Of a DNA stretch of 64,000 nt, positions 1 through 14,228 are shown piece after piece; within the stretch, counting starts at the first letter, position 1, and the number at the start of each line of letters is the position of its first letter. A program made the translations under genes and the position numbers. Source of the DNA: Octopus vulgaris (Eukaryota). The notes beneath the pieces were generated by a model. It had not been told where the DNA came from and did not search any database. It saw only the letters and a program-made list of their open reading frames with translations. The DNA lies in assembly GCA_951406725.2 (NCBI GenBank), contig OX597824.1:62000001-62064000 (forward strand), given 5' to 3'.

Positions 1-92
1 GTATGTATGTATGTATGTATGTATGTATGTATGTATGTATGTATGTATGCATGTATGTATGTATGTATGTATGTATGCATACATTACATACA

Positions 93-141
<49 letters not shown>
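1..141. repeat. (GTAT)n then (TA)n microsatellites
   Basis: Simple repeats seen directly. Confidence 0.95.
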
Positions 142-149
<8 letters not shown>

Positions 150-589
150 TACATACAATATTAGATATGTACATATATAAATAAGGGTACTACATGAGTA
201 CCTATATTGCTAATGATAGAAGTCAAAACATAGTTCTGTACCACCGAATAGTCACAAATCCATTACAGACAAGATAGGAAAAATATCAGTGTACAATAAT
301 AATGTCTCAACTCAAATGGGTCAGAAAAAGTATATATATATATATATATGTATATTCTCATAAACGCTGGGCATGACATTTGAATTCAGAATTTGAATTG
401 TGCAGTTAGACGTTGACATATTATTCTTGCCTATCGAGACACATGCTAAACCCCAATGTATGTTTTTTGTGTTAATTCCTGTGTACAGGAAAGTTCTCCT
501 GACGAGAAGAATGGATCTACATTTATATACGTGCGCGTATATGTACTGATAGATAGACAGAGGAAAAAAAAGGCAGAAGACAAACAGAA

Positions 590-608
590 GACAGACAGAC
601 AGACAGAC

Positions 609-665
<57 letters not shown>

Positions 666-700
666 GATAGATAGATAGAATGATAGATAGATAAATACAT
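590..700. repeat. (AGAC)n/(GATA)n microsatellite
   Basis: Seen directly; explains the YLSI-repeat ORFs at 321-782. Confidence 0.95.
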
Positions 701-1201
701 AGATAAATAAATAAATAAGTGCAGGCAAGGGCAGTCTATTGTTAAATGTATTGGTTTCTAGTTTAATAGCGCTACGTGACAACTTTCGATAGCTTCTTAT
801 AACAGTGCCTTAGACGAATTTTGATATACATATACTCAGAAACAGAAATTCATATATGCTACTATAAATAATATTAACGAGGAAATCAAATATACAAGTA
901 ACAGAAGTAATGTTCCATTCTGAATTTATCAATTCAATTTTGAGTAATAATGTAAAAAAAAGACTAACGGATGCTATTAGCCTGAACGACACAATGTGAG
1001 CAGGTGTCGATTGAGAGAATATTAAATCAACTGGAAATTAAATCACTCCTACGAAACGATTTCTGCGAAATTTTTCAGTACGGTGTGATGATCATTTTTG
1101 ACTTAAAATACAAATGATTGTGTGTTTGTGATTATAGGACTGTGTTTGTGATTGTGTTAACGCGCGTGTGTGTGTGTGTGTGTGTGTGTCTGTGCGTTTG
1201 T

Positions 1202-1510
1202 TGTTAGTGGTTGGAGTAATCGGCTCATGATCGTAAGGTCGCATGTTCGATTACGGGTAACGCGTTGTGTCCTTGAGTAACACAATTTATTTTGCGATAC
1301 TCCAATCCACACAGCTGACAAAAATGAGTTGTACCTCTAATTTAAAGTGCCGGCCTTGTCACATTCTGTATCTCACTGAATTTCCTTTAGAACTACGTAA
1401 AGGTACGCGTGCTTGCAGAGTGCTCAGCCACTTGCACGTTAATACCATGAGCAAGCCATTGTGTTGAAAGGATCAACTGGGGCCCTCATCTCCGAAACCG
1501 ATGGAGTGGC
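1202..1510 (+). mobile_element. tRNA-derived SINE, CORE-like
   Basis: A-box-like TTAGTGG, B-box-like GTTCGATT, then a CORE-SINE-like central segment GTGTCCTTGAGTAACACAATTTATTT...CAGCTG...AAATGAGT. Confidence 0.7.
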
Positions 1511-1665
1511 AGTGATATACATATATGTAACTATTGAGCATTAATGTTTCTTGACCTATTTTTCTATTGGGGATACGATAAATTTAAAGCTGTATGTGTC
1601 TTAAAATTCATGTTATAGCCCTACCTTTATCTTTCTATTTTGCAACGTTGCTATATTTATGCAAT

Positions 1666-2358
1666 ATGTCCTGTCACCTTTCCACAAGAGGCAATCATTG
1701 GTGCGCAGTTGGCTGGGGTTCCTGACACTAAAACTTAGGAATTATTTAATGTTTCGTGAAACAGTCTCTGCAAAAATCATGTAATTTAATGCTGCTATTT
1801 CAAACCCAAGATAAAATATGCTTTGGCCAGCATAGTTCTGGACGAAAAGCAAAGGTCACAGAAAGAGATCGCAAAATATGTAAATGTCGGTTGTTTAATA
1901 ATGTTTTCAAATTTTATCAGTATATTGGCTAATAGTTTCTATCTTATCATATGAACATCACTCTCTAATGGTAGCGTAGATTTCCAGCTCGATTCACGGA
2001 AGACAAAAGTAGTGCACTTAGATTTCTCTGCCACCACCAGCACCAACGCGAATACCACAGGTGCCGGCGCTGCCGTCACCGCCGTCGACATCACTAGCAG
2101 CGCCATCACTACCACCACCATCATCCTTATCATTTAGGGCAACATTTGAGAAAAGTCATTTCTTCATCTTCGACGCTGGAAAAGCAGTGACTAAATCCGC
2201 TCAAGAAAACTTAATGAATGATTGAAAATGCAGCTAGTAACAGTTCGGAGTCGATTGCTGAACGTATTAAAGCTATGATTGAGGCCAAAGGTGGACCAAA
2301 CCTGAATGGAAATATATAGCTTCCATTTGACAAAGAGCTTCCATTATTTTGTCCAAAG
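1666..2358 (+). mobile_element. Decayed, internally deleted Tc1-like DNA transposon
   Basis: 1666-1872 translates with stops/frameshifts to AIIGAQLAGVPDTKT*ELFNVS...SSGRKAKVTERDR (Tc1 N-terminal HTH region); ~2260-2300 gives RIKAMIEAKGGP (typical Tc1 C-terminus), followed by TIR-like TCCATTATTTTGTCCAA. The DDE core is missing. Confidence 0.7.
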
Positions 2359-2699
2359 TCAACGCGCGGCACACAGAGACATAGACACATACATACATAC
2401 ATAAATGGACACTCTTATAATCGTTAAAATTTACTTAATATTTAGTAGACATGCCTTAGGGATATTACTGATCAGATGACGAATATTCTCTTGAAGAATT
2501 TCTTGTCAAGTTTCATGCAGTAATCTCAAAATATATATGGACTTGAAGATGCTATATTTTTCTTTTTATGAAGTCTCTTGTCCATTATGCCCCAGAGATG
2601 TCCAATAGGGTTCATATTTGTGGACTGGCTTGGCTATGAAAGTTTTTGAATGCCATTATCATCCAACAAATCGCTGTTATAATTATTATTAACATTACT

Positions 2700-3030
2700 T
2701 CTACTAGTAGTAGTTGTATTAGTGGTAATAATAGCAGTAGTATTACTAGTAGTAGTAGTAGTAGTAGCAGTAGCAGCAGCAGCAGCAGCACCAGCTAGAG
2801 TAGTAGGATCATTGGTAGTAGTGTTAGTATTAGCAGTGGTAGAGGAGGTGGTATTAGTGATGTTATTATTGCAACTATAAGTAGTAACATTTGTAGTAGG
2901 AGTGTTGGTAGTAGTATTATTTTCAGTAATGGCAATATTGTCGTTGGTGGTAGTATTAATAGTATTGCTAGTCCTATTAGTTGTTGAAGTATAGGTATTA
3001 TTAGTTGCAGTGGTTATGATATAGGTAGTA
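2700..3030. repeat. Degenerate (AGT/AGC/GGT)n low-complexity tract
   Basis: Trinucleotide-periodic sequence seen directly. Confidence 0.85.
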
Positions 3031-3422
3031 TTCTTAGTATCAGTGTGCCTATAAGTGTTTGCGTCGGTTTCAGCTGTGCGCCCTCAACCCTCCGAGGTGG
3101 GTAGTATATCATGTATGTTTAAGTTGTTTAAATTGGTCAGGCCAGGGATATTAAAAGTGTTATTGCGATCGGTGTTAATGGTTTCATTGTGTACGTCTAC
3201 GGTAGGGTTATTTGCATTTAGATAGTAACAGCTAAGTTTACGCTTGTTAGGCAATGTGATAATAGATTCTATATTTGGTGTAGATGAATAGGTTAATCTC
3301 AAAGTGGGTTTGTTAAAGATAGGATTGTACTTGTGGTTACGTGGGAAGTTAAGATTCTACTATTTTAAAGAATGAAATAATACCTTTACACGCCAAAATT
3401 GTATTAAGTACACCGCATAGAC

Positions 3423-3465
<43 letters not shown>

Positions 3466-5069
3466 TCATAGCTCTAATTAACCCAAACGAGAAACAATCA
3501 TACCTTCGTCAAATGAAGGTTACATTGTTGTGAAGGATTTTCATGTTATCTCGCAGGAGATTTGAGCGAGATAGAGTAGTGACATTCACTTGCTACTTCG
3601 ATGTGGCAACTTCTTTACATTTTCGTACGCGTTACTACTCTACCTCGTCTTGAGATTTTTATAACTAGCTACTTTGCTTCCAGCAAATCAGTGGACTGGT
3701 GGTCACTTTGTTTACAATATGTTGATGGCAGGAGCGGATCTTAGGCATCGCTCCATTGCGCATGTGTGTGGGACTGACGAAAGGCCAACAAACTCAAAAC
3801 TGGGCCAGTCCCACGTTCCTGTTAGCTAATGCAGTGTTAGTACGGATTCGCTACCCCTGCTTGCAATGGATTGTATATAAAGGAGGCAAATCGTGCATCG
3901 GAAACCAGCTGGCGAATAATCTGCCTGGGGTTAAACTACTAGTAACATTCGTCTTCTACTTCGATGTGGCCACTTGTTTACGTTATATAAATAAATAAAT
4001 ATGTTTGTGTGTGTGTGCGTGTGTGTCTGTGGTGTGAGTGTGTCTGTGCGTGTATATATATATATATTTAGACACGTACACATCTGTGTTTAGATGGGTC
4101 TTTAGTTTTGTGTACAAGTGTAATATGATCGTATATTTGAATATGTGAATGGGTTACTGTATTTCTGTTTGAGTGCTTATATGTATGCTACTTCATTTAT
4201 AAGTATATTAATACATCAATAACTCAAGTGACCGAATTGAGCTGTAAAAATAGCCCTCAGAACAGTTCTTGGAAGATTTGATACCAGCAAATATCTCAAA
4301 ATAATCCAATATGACAAAATTTTGTTAAAGCAATTTTATCTTGTAATTTGACTACGATAATCACGCAGAATCGTTGCGTCTGAGTAAATTGTGTCTGGTC
4401 TTAATCAGGCATCACTCATCTACACTGACATAATAGATCACTGTGTATTATGCCGATTCTCTGTATTTACTATTGAAATATGATTTGATCATACTAATGA
4501 TAAGGATCTCATAACAACCAGCCGTATGATAAATGTAATTTGCTTGATTATAATTCATAACATCCGTTCCAACACCAGTGTGAACTGCTTTGACATGTGT
4601 ATTATTTCACTCTTATGTACACATGTATGAAAACATCAGGCGCATTGCAGAAATCTAAGCACCAACTCACATACGTGAGTGCATGTGCATGTACGTGCAT
4701 AATTAACAATTCGTATGCAATATTTCCCATTGACACATATTTAAAAACACGAAAACACTTACACATGCATCCACAATCAGACGGACACGCATACGTATAA
4801 ATTCGAACACAAACACAACGCATATCAGATTAAATTTTCCACCCATATGTTTGAGAACTGCATTTCAAAAGAGACGCTGTAGTTATAACTGACTTGTCGA
4901 CGACAAAGTGCAAGAAAGAGCCTGCCTTTCGTTAGTACGACCTTTCGTTAAAGCCAACTTCAGAGCTAATTACCTTACCCTGATCACCAAGAGATATTAA
5001 TGATTAACCGAGACGTACACCTATTTGCCCAAAAGTTTAATACTACCTTTAAATTACGTAAGAGAAAGC

Positions 5070-5208
5070 GTAAGTCGCTAACATGAACACCAGTATACAA
5101 CTGGTATTTGTCTTATCGATCCCGAAAGGTTAAAAGGCAACGTCGACCTCGGCGAAATTTGCACCGAGAACATGAAGACGGTGGAAATGCCGTTAGCTAT
5201 TTTGCCCG
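5070..5208 (-). mobile_element. tRNA-derived SINE (family B) fragment
   Basis: Reverse complement matches the copies at 49717, 61692 and 62907 (...CAAATTTCGCCGAGGTCGACGTTGCCTTT...GATAAGACAAATACCAG). Confidence 0.7.
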
Positions 5209-8161
5209 CAAGCTATTTTACCCAAATGTATACTATTATGAAGCATATTTCCTGTACCTATTCTGATGAAATATATAAAGTAGTTGTTGCTTGAAGAATC
5301 CCACATACATAGTGACTTCAAGTAACAATAATCTCTCACACACACACACACATTTCAAGAAAAATATATGAGATGGAACAATTTTGTGGTGTAATCAAAA
5401 ATGAATAAATAAAACGCTTTCTCCCCTTCTGCCTTTTTCCAAGATACACTTAGGTCATAATAATTCAGAAATGATATACAGTAAAGGCTTGGAGATATAT
5501 ATCAGCTTCTTATCTATGCATCGTGTTTTATAGAAAGAATATTTAAATAAAGTTCGTATAAATTCTGACGCAAAGTTTTTCAAATTACTTTCATAAGATA
5601 TATGAATATAATTACTGCAAATCATTATGAGACGTTGATTATGAAATGTTAATAAGAGTGATTTAGTAGTAGTCACTGACTTTCTCTCACTGTCGACACA
5701 ATTAATTGCACCAATTATATGTCTGGTGATACATAGCAGTGAATACTGAACGAAGTATAAAATATATTGAATGGTGAATTAGATGTAAAATTAATAATAA
5801 TATTTTCAACCATAGAGAACAATCTGGAAACAACAACAACAGCAATAATTATGTATCTAAAAAGGAGAATTAAACGAATAGATTAAGATGCTTGACTGAT
5901 TAAAGAAAATATGTCATTTGGATAATTCTAAATTAGGAGCCTACCATGGTAATATGAAATAAAAATGAAGAATAAAGGGAATAAATTGTTTGATGTATTT
6001 GTCTTTGTCTCTTCTTGTTTAATGTCTCACATGATTCTAGTCAACCATGTCTATGGTAGTCATGAAATAAAATAATAAATTATTTATCATGCCTGGATAA
6101 CTTCTGCCGTTAGAATGATGGCGAGAAGTTTGACACATTTTGATTTCAGTTATGCAAATAACTCATTCTGATGCAGCTTCAATAGAACGTTTAATACGCA
6201 TAGACTCATTTTTAGATACTTTTATTGCATTTTTCTAGTGATATAAACCTCAACTACAGCTAACATAAAAGATAAAAGATTTTGTAATGTAGGTTAATAC
6301 TTAGTAGGACTGTTTCTGATTCTAAGAACCTGTCTAATTGCAGGTAAGCGTCTAGTTGCAGTTCTAATTTGTACTTAATATTTCCATAATATAATATGAT
6401 ACTACTCTGTCATCGAGGTAAAAATGTGACTTGTTTCCTAACACCAGGGAAGATCATTTATAATGATGTAGGTTAATAGCTAGATGCAGCTAATTACCTA
6501 CCTATGTTATTTCCTTCGTTCACTCTCGAAAAGTGCATCATTATCCTTATCAATATGCAGTGCGTCAATGTTCTAGAATTTTTAATTCATCTTTGAAATA
6601 TTTTCCCAATATATTTGTTTATGAAATCAAATTCTAAGCATGAAGACAAAGTATTTACAGAGATCAAAGATAAATTATTAAATGTTACATGCTTCGAATC
6701 TATCAAAGAAACTTTTGCCTAGTATCTATAATGCAGATCAAATAATCGGCAAAGTAACGGTAGTAGGTTTCGTTAACGGCAACATCTCAAGAAATATTAA
6801 TAATAAAGTTAGGAAGGCAATCAAGTTCAAGCAATAGAATATTCGTGGCGCTGTAATTTGTTTTCCCTATTGAATTAGCTATACTCACTGATGCAAATTC
6901 ACGCAATTATTCATAGACTAATTTTATTTGTCGAATTCTTAATGTCTGTTTATTACAATTCTTGATTTCCTTCGAATTCTGAGACATGTATATGATAATG
7001 TCGATGATACCGTTTATGCATTCAAAGGTTTCTGCTCTTCATCAAACCACCCCCACTGGTCCACGAAACCAGATGTGACATGTTTCTTCAATGTCAGCAT
7101 GAATGCATTCCATTCTGTCTCTTCAGCTCTACAGAATTATATCTGCCTACTCTATATAGAGACGCGCTAAATAGAATATCTACTGCTTCAGATATGAATC
7201 TATTTCGAGCTGCTGCCTTGCGTTTTCGCAACATGCAATCAGCCATATACTAGAATTATTCAGAAAATATTCTTTTTGCACCTTTGATAATTTCTCCATA
7301 AAAATAGATATCACTACTAGTATTACCATTATGAACATTTTAATGATTATCTCGGATGGAGTTCCTCTAAAATCTCATTGAACGAGTGAATCTTTACCAA
7401 ATACGTATATTCATAATTTAACCGTCGGTGAGTTTGAATATATGATAACCTATACGCTCACATTTTTACCTATTGAACTACATACTATCCTAAAATACTT
7501 TTCCGTTTGTACCTTATTTTCATTATATTTTGAATAAAATATTGCCCGAAGTTCTCTATGATAGATAGAAGCTTCCTCATCGAACAGTTTCCCCGCTATG
7601 CATCCAAAATATGTTATTATAATGTAAATTTCATCTACATTTACAGAAACTGCACGCACTCGCAGAAGCCCCATTGCATGCTCACGATGTAATGCAGAGC
7701 CGATAATATATAAAGCGGAATTCAGCCTATTCACATCATAAATGATAAATGCTATATTTACATGAGCTTCTAGGCAATACATTATCGATTTTCTTTGCGC
7801 ACTTAGTAGTTCACGATTGTACATTTGACAGTAAGTAGAAAATTCGAGAAGGCATATCAAAATGGAACTATGTGTAACTTATATGAAAATGCGAAATCTT
7901 GAATGCTATCAAGATTTCCTGAAATTGTTTTGCTCTGAAATTCGCCCCCCTACCACCACCACCACCAATAAACTGCTCTGAATGTAGCAGACTAAGATTG
8001 ACTTATCTTTCATTCACTCTTTGTTTTATTTCTTCCATAATACACTAAGTATTCTTTTGCTTTTAACAAAACCCCGTGATAGAAAACCATTCTTCTACTA
8101 TTCCTGCAAATTCGTAAGAGTTTTAGCACATTTGTATAAGATTATAAATGTATAGTCTCAT

Positions 8162-8282
8162 ATTGGTTTCAAATTTTGGCAGAAGGTTATCATATCAAGT
8201 CCAGATGAGAAGGTAAGTCGATTTCATCGACACCAGAATTCAACTTATTTTATCAAGTCCAAAGCATGAAAGGCAAATTCGA
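8162..8282 (-). mobile_element. SINE family B 3' fragment
   Basis: ATTGGTTTCAAATTTTGGCA...GTAAGTCGATT...ATGAAAGGCAAA, the same string as at 48185 and 48421. Confidence 0.6.
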
Positions 8283-9994
8283 TAAATATATACATTCATA
8301 CATATAAACATGTGTAAATATATGTATGAACCTATGTATGTATACATGTGTGTACGTATAAGACGGGCATTTCCACAGTTTACGTAAACTTATTTAGAAT
8401 TACGTGAAATTATAACTCACGGCTATATCAGAAAACATCGAATTTGGTACATAGTGTCATCATCTCCGGGACCATCCGTTTTGAAGCGAACGTCTTAAAC
8501 ACACAGCTACTTCTGGATGCAACATATAACATGTCTAACCTTTCTTAATCTTTAACCCTTGAAATGTCTTCGCTTCTCCAGAAGTACGTTATGTATCTCT
8601 ATCTTCTACTGGTCTTATTATTGGCTTTATTTTTAATCCTATTATGTACATCATAAATCAGATGCTCTTACTACCCTAATTATATAACGACTAAAACCTG
8701 ACCATCTCCTGCTCTTAATAGATGCCTGAAATATTTATGTTTCTCTTTGCCCAAAGTATTTACAAGACGTTAGTCAAATTCATAGACGGTCTGATATGTC
8801 TTTTTTTTTCATTTGACTTAATTTTTTCCTATCTTATTTCTATTAGCGTTTTAAGAGTGTTGCATTGTTATTGGTATGTTTCAAATGAAAATATCAAAGT
8901 GTTTCCAACTTTTTAAAATTTCAACTATTTTTTCTTATTGATGGATTTTTTCCCAATATGTCTTAAAGAGATAACATGTGCTACGGCAGTTCTTTTTATC
9001 TCTTTGCTCTCATCGCATCGATTTCTAATAAAACTTGTAAGATAACAAAACTCATGAACCACTTGGACAGTTTGATTATCAATTATCATATGATCTCATG
9101 TTCAAGAGGTAACCATTGATACAGTTTTGTCAAAATTAATGCATAAAATGTATTCTTCCTCTTTCACAAATTATAGTGAATATTGGCTGTTAAAGCAAAA
9201 TATTCCATATAAAATATATGTGTATAAATTCTATTCTTCTATAGTATTTCATTTACGGTACTAAGCATCATCTGATTAGTTAAATGAAAAAGAAAATGGG
9301 GATACATCTTTCGATACTAATAGTTTCATAGATAAGATAATGTGGGAAACAACGAAGATGACTAGTTCAATTCTTTTCAACTTAACCGGGCGCTTCCTTA
9401 TATGAGGTTATTAGTTTCCAATACCTGATATCAAATAACGCTAAATATGTACTAACAGAAATATTACTTGTGCACAATTGTGAAGAGAGGCAACACGGTT
9501 TCAAGAACGACAGATGTAAGAGCCATATGCAAATACGCACGCAAGAAGACGCGTTGACAGACTAGCATAATTTAATCTCGAAACAGTGAAGGAAGTGTCT
9601 AACTTTTGGCTCAGATTGCTACAGTTGGTTCTAAATTTTCTCTCAGACAAAATCTTAGTCTTAAATAAATTTAGTGATATTTCATAATGTTCAATATAAC
9701 CATAATGCTGAATGTTTACACTGAGATTTGCTTTCATCTCAAACAGTACCGAGAAGGTATAATGTTGTCCTAAACAATAAAATCCACCCTGCCAATTCAA
9801 TAGTATGGTATATAGAGATAATCATATACCACACACCTGTAAGAATATGCAATCCTTCGCTAGGCAACTGGATCATGGATAATTTTGAATCGGGGAAGCC
9901 AATCTTTTTCTGCAAGTAGCTCAAAATTAACAGACTGATCCTCACCTGTATCAATATTCTAATTATCATCCATTTGTTACAGTATATGTACATC

Positions 9995-10169
9995 GATACG
10001 TGTATATATATATGTATATATGTGTGAATATATGTATGTATAAATATATGTATGTATATGTATATATGTATGTATGTATATATATATATATGTATGTGTA
10101 GGTATGTATGTATATGAATCTGTAGGTATATATAGATGTAGGGATGTATATTTGCCATGTTGGTTCCCG

Positions 10170-10246
<77 letters not shown>
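9995..10246. repeat. (TA)/(TATG)/(TG)n microsatellite cluster
   Basis: Seen directly; explains the YI/HT/CV-repeat ORFs. Confidence 0.95.
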
Positions 10247-10247
<1 letters not shown>

Positions 10248-10900
10248 TGCATTTTCAATCGACATGATGGACAACTCAAATGAACCCGTTTTTTTTTGTT
10301 CATTCTCTATTTACTTCCCCTTATTCCTCTTTGTCGAAAAGCATAGGGTCGAAACAAGACTTTTCCGTTCTACCCGAGATTCAAACTAATACACTTGCTT
10401 GTTGTTCCTACGCCAGTCTTAGTCTCCGTTTTTGTATTCATTTGATCAAACCGAGATAACTGACTCCTAATCCCATCTAGGAATTAGGAGTCAGCTTTAT
10501 GGTTATATTGGATGTTTCGCTATTTTAGTGTCTTATCAACACCACGTACCCGAACAAGACCAGATAAGAATAATTTCGCCAGTCCACGACTTACATGCAT
10601 ATAACATGCAAACCATGTGCGGTTATGTATGAGCAATGCATAATAAATTCAAATAGGAAACAGAAGCAGCGTTAGAGTAAGAAACATTATCAGTCACATC
10701 GTCTGACAAATAAGTATCCGGATTGTTGCTATAGTAGCGAAACTAAAGCGCTTCGATTAAAGTCACTTAGCACTGATTGACCTTGAACTCTGTTGTGAAT
10801 GCACACTAAGTTTTAGCAGTGTAGCTCACTTCCGTTCTTTACGGCAATGCTTCGAAATCATGCAGCTACTGTTTATACCTCGCCCAGAGATTTATTATTG

Positions 10901-10944
<44 letters not shown>

Positions 10945-11078
10945 TTGTGGGGAGTTTTTTTCACTGGTGATCTAAACGATTAGGTTCGCTACATAAGTGC
11001 TGTAACGGATTACTGGGGCTCCGACTTATAGCCTAGACGGTAGTTTAGAGCCATTGCAGATTTCCGATTCTGTGGATA

Positions 11079-11592
11079 TGTAATTTTTACACAGGATGTC
11101 AATCATCAAGGCAAGGCAAATATCTCAAGTCATAAAGAATATTATTATACGAAGAAATTCTAAATCTTAGAGCTGTTTCTGGGATATCCTCGAGTATGGG
11201 ATATTCCGTCATCAGAGACAAATTGGGGAAAATATGTAAAATGAGAATGGTATATATCAATAAGATGATAACAAAGAGTAAAGAGTAAAGGAATAAGATG
11301 GAAAGAGAGAAGAAAGAAGAAGCATAAAAGTTCATTATTCCAAATTTCGAAAAGTTAAACTATGAACTTTTATGTTTTTTTTCTTCTCTTTTTCCATCTC
11401 CTTACTCTTTTACTCCTTTCCACTTTGCTGTCATCTTATTGATATATACTGTTCTCATTTTCCATATTTTCCCCAGATTGTCTCTGATGACGGAATATCC
11501 CATACTCGGGGATATCCTAGAAACAGCTGTCATAATATTGTCTATGACTTGAGATGTTTGCCTTGCCTTAATGTTTGACGTCCTGTTTAACA

Positions 11593-11598
<6 letters not shown>
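11079..11598. mobile_element. ~520 bp imperfect palindrome, probably inverted Penelope-like pseudo-LTR fragments
   Basis: Left arm TGTAATTTTTACACAGGATGTCAATCATCAAGGCAAGGC... is the reverse complement of right arm ...GCCTTGCCTTAATGTTTGACGTCCTGTTTAACAATTACA; centre TTTCGAAA near 11348; each arm has a CTGATGA...GAAACAGCT hammerhead-like motif. Confidence 0.7.
11480..11535 (+). ncRNA. Minimal type I hammerhead ribozyme-like motif (mirror copy on minus strand at 11164-11219)
   Basis: gtct-CTGATGA-cGGAATATCC...GGATATCCta-GAAA-CAGCTG-TC: conserved core, stem II and palindromic ACAGCTGT stem III. Stem I is weak in this copy and better in the minus-strand copy. Confidence 0.5.
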
Positions 11599-11652
<54 letters not shown>

Positions 11653-13331
11653 CGCGCACATATACAAATACATATATATAATGCACTCTATATGTAAACC
11701 CTTTTATATGAGACGGAATGGAGCCGTTGCATTTGTATCATTGCTAATATAGTAGACATTGAATAATTCCCGCCTAGGATTAAACGATGATGGCTTACTG
11801 CTACATAGATATCTGTATCTTTCGCATGCAACATAGTGACTGTTAAAAATTTGGAAAACAGCCTCTTGATATTAATATATTTTAAAAGGAAAGTAGTAAA
11901 ATAAAATGTAAAATGAAAACAGCTTGGACTAAGATTACTTCCATCCTAAGTAGCAGACCGTTTATAATGCTTTTCGGAAAGTTTTAAGTAAGGGAACTTA
12001 TATCAATCGATAATTGCAAGCGGATAGTGAAAACGCCTTACGAGTAGCATGCTTAAAATTTATAGCTATAACCAATAAGAATATACTAATAGTGTTTTCC
12101 ATTGTTACTAGAATGTTTCAGAGTTAGTTCCATGTAATTTTGTTTTATTTCCTGTAAACACGTTAAACGTAATGTCACAACTAACTCCCCCATGTAACTC
12201 AGAAGTGTTAACATTATAGCCATTAGGAATCAGGTTCACCTACACGACCCCCATCAAAATGCATGGAAGGCTCTAACTATATAAGTTTTATAATAGTATC
12301 TCTAATACCCATGATGAATTAAAACGACTAACTCTTCAATCTTTTTAAGAAACTGAAAACTATTTCATCGCTTAAGTCCATGCAAATATACGCATATAGA
12401 TATACTTAAATACACACAAACACACAAGCACACACGTACATACTTAAATGCATACATACATACATATATGCATGCTCAAACACAAAACATACAAAACTAC
12501 ACACACACACACACTCACAAAAACACACACACATATAACATGATTCTGTCCAGCTGCAGTAAGGCCAATAATTAGTTGTTACACAAGTGAATATACTTAA
12601 GTTTTAGAGTAATAGTAAGCGCAGTTAGCAAGGCCCTGTGAATTGTTAGATGTTTCCTGCTTCGAGCATTTATATTAACTGGCAGGTTAGTGCAGGGCGT
12701 AATATTAATACTGACTAATAATACTAGTTTACAACTCTCTCAGTTATAACGATATGAAGACGTAACCCTGAGCGCAGGTGTAAGCCAAATGTGTGTACAT
12801 ACGAACACCCACGCACACACGCTAGCGCATATATGGAAATATGTACCTATATATACATGTGGGTATGTGTGTGTATATGCCTGTGAGGTGGGTAAATTTC
12901 ACCACAGAGTCGTTCAATGAAATGTGTTTGGTCAAGTAGAAAACATTTAGTGCGAAAGATATGTAAGTAGGAAATTATTCGTAGAAATACATTACTTCGA
13001 AACCATTTAATTATCTCAAAACCAGACTTCGGTTAATTGCTTTCTAAATAATTTAGCGCAATTTTAAAATACGACTGAAATATTATCATTAACTTATTTT
13101 CTGGTTGCTATCATATTTGTTTTTCGTTCTCAACTATATACAAGAAAATACCATTTTGAAAAAAGTGAAACGCTCAATTATTTTCGAGGTTTTATGCCGT
13201 ACCTCGAAGATAATCTGAAATGTTTCTCTCAGTCCAGCACGGAAATATATATCATTTGAAAGGAAGTAACGATTAAAATGTCTTTTAACCACTACTTCCT
13301 AGAGTATCTATCTGATCATCAAGTAGTTCTT

Positions 13332-13406
13332 TCTATATAGCATTCTTCTGTAGAGAATTCTTTCTGTATAACATTCATTCTGTATAGCATTATTCTGTAT
13401 AGCATT
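13332..13406. repeat. Short minisatellite, ~15-16 bp unit (TTCTGTATAGCATT-like) x5
   Basis: ttctatatagcattc ttctgtagagaattct ttctgtataacattca ttctgtatagcatta ttctgtatagcatt. Confidence 0.8.
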
Positions 13407-13974
13407 GAAATCAATAAGCTCTTAAATCTGACATAACGATGGAACTTCTACAATACCTATATGAAAATTCAATATGAGTATTTGGGCGATGTTTATTTTG
13501 GATGGTTACAAAGTACAAGTTCCCTGCAAAAGTATTGAATAACGTTTCATTTCTATCATTCGTAAAGCGTTTTATCAGGAATCAAACTTCTTTGAAACAC
13601 TTATAATATAGCTGCCTCATTTCTGGCGAATTTACCGGCTATTGATGAAAAAGCATCCAGATCTGCCGGTGGAATAAATTAAGGCTCAGTACTCAAAAGG
13701 TAAGATAAAGTAAAACCTTTATCATTGTTGCTATAGCTGGCAAGTTTAGATTCGCAATTTTTTTTCTATACAGATTGACAGACATGAAAAAATCAGCGGT
13801 AGACAAAAATATCAGTACTAAACAGAGAATAATTGGATATATATATTGAATTCGGAATTAGGGCTGATATAACTACGCTGCAGATAGTAAAATTCTCAAA
13901 AAGATTTCCAGCACAATTGCTCTTATTTATTTCAAGTATAATCAGAGGATTTGACTGAAAACAAAAGAGAGACG

Positions 13975-14052
<78 letters not shown>

Positions 14053-14069
14053 TTGTGTGTGTGTCATCC

Positions 14070-14228
14070 TATCTGTGTTTGTCCCCGTTGGTGTGCTGGC
14101 ATCCCTGTCATCTAGGGGTTCGCAAAAGAGTTCGATATAATAAGTACCAAGCTTAACAAAAGATACACCCGGTACGATTCAATTGGCAACACAGTGCCCC
14201 AGCGGAGCCACAGTTGAACGATAAAAGA
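14070..14228 (+). mobile_element. SINE family A 3' half, degenerate
   Basis: GTGTTTGTCCCC...GGTTCGCAAAAGAG..CGATATAATAAGTACCAAGCTTA matches the copies at 16165, 55215 and 58937. Confidence 0.6.

Noticed and set aside
6330-6352. TTGCAG|GTAAGC possible recursive splice site or exon end
   Set aside because: Weak polypyrimidine tract and no clear upstream exon; expected by chance in 64 kb.
7030-7135. Minus-strand ETEWNAF...WFDEE resembling a LINE linker region
   Set aside because: Too short and degenerate to support without a profile search.
7450-7860. 136 aa minus-strand ORF
   Set aside because: No recognisable motif, non-ATG start, no supporting splice structure.
10325-10440. Possible Penelope-type end (GTCGAAAAGCATAGGGTCGAAAC)
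   Set aside because: Core and stems too degenerate to call.
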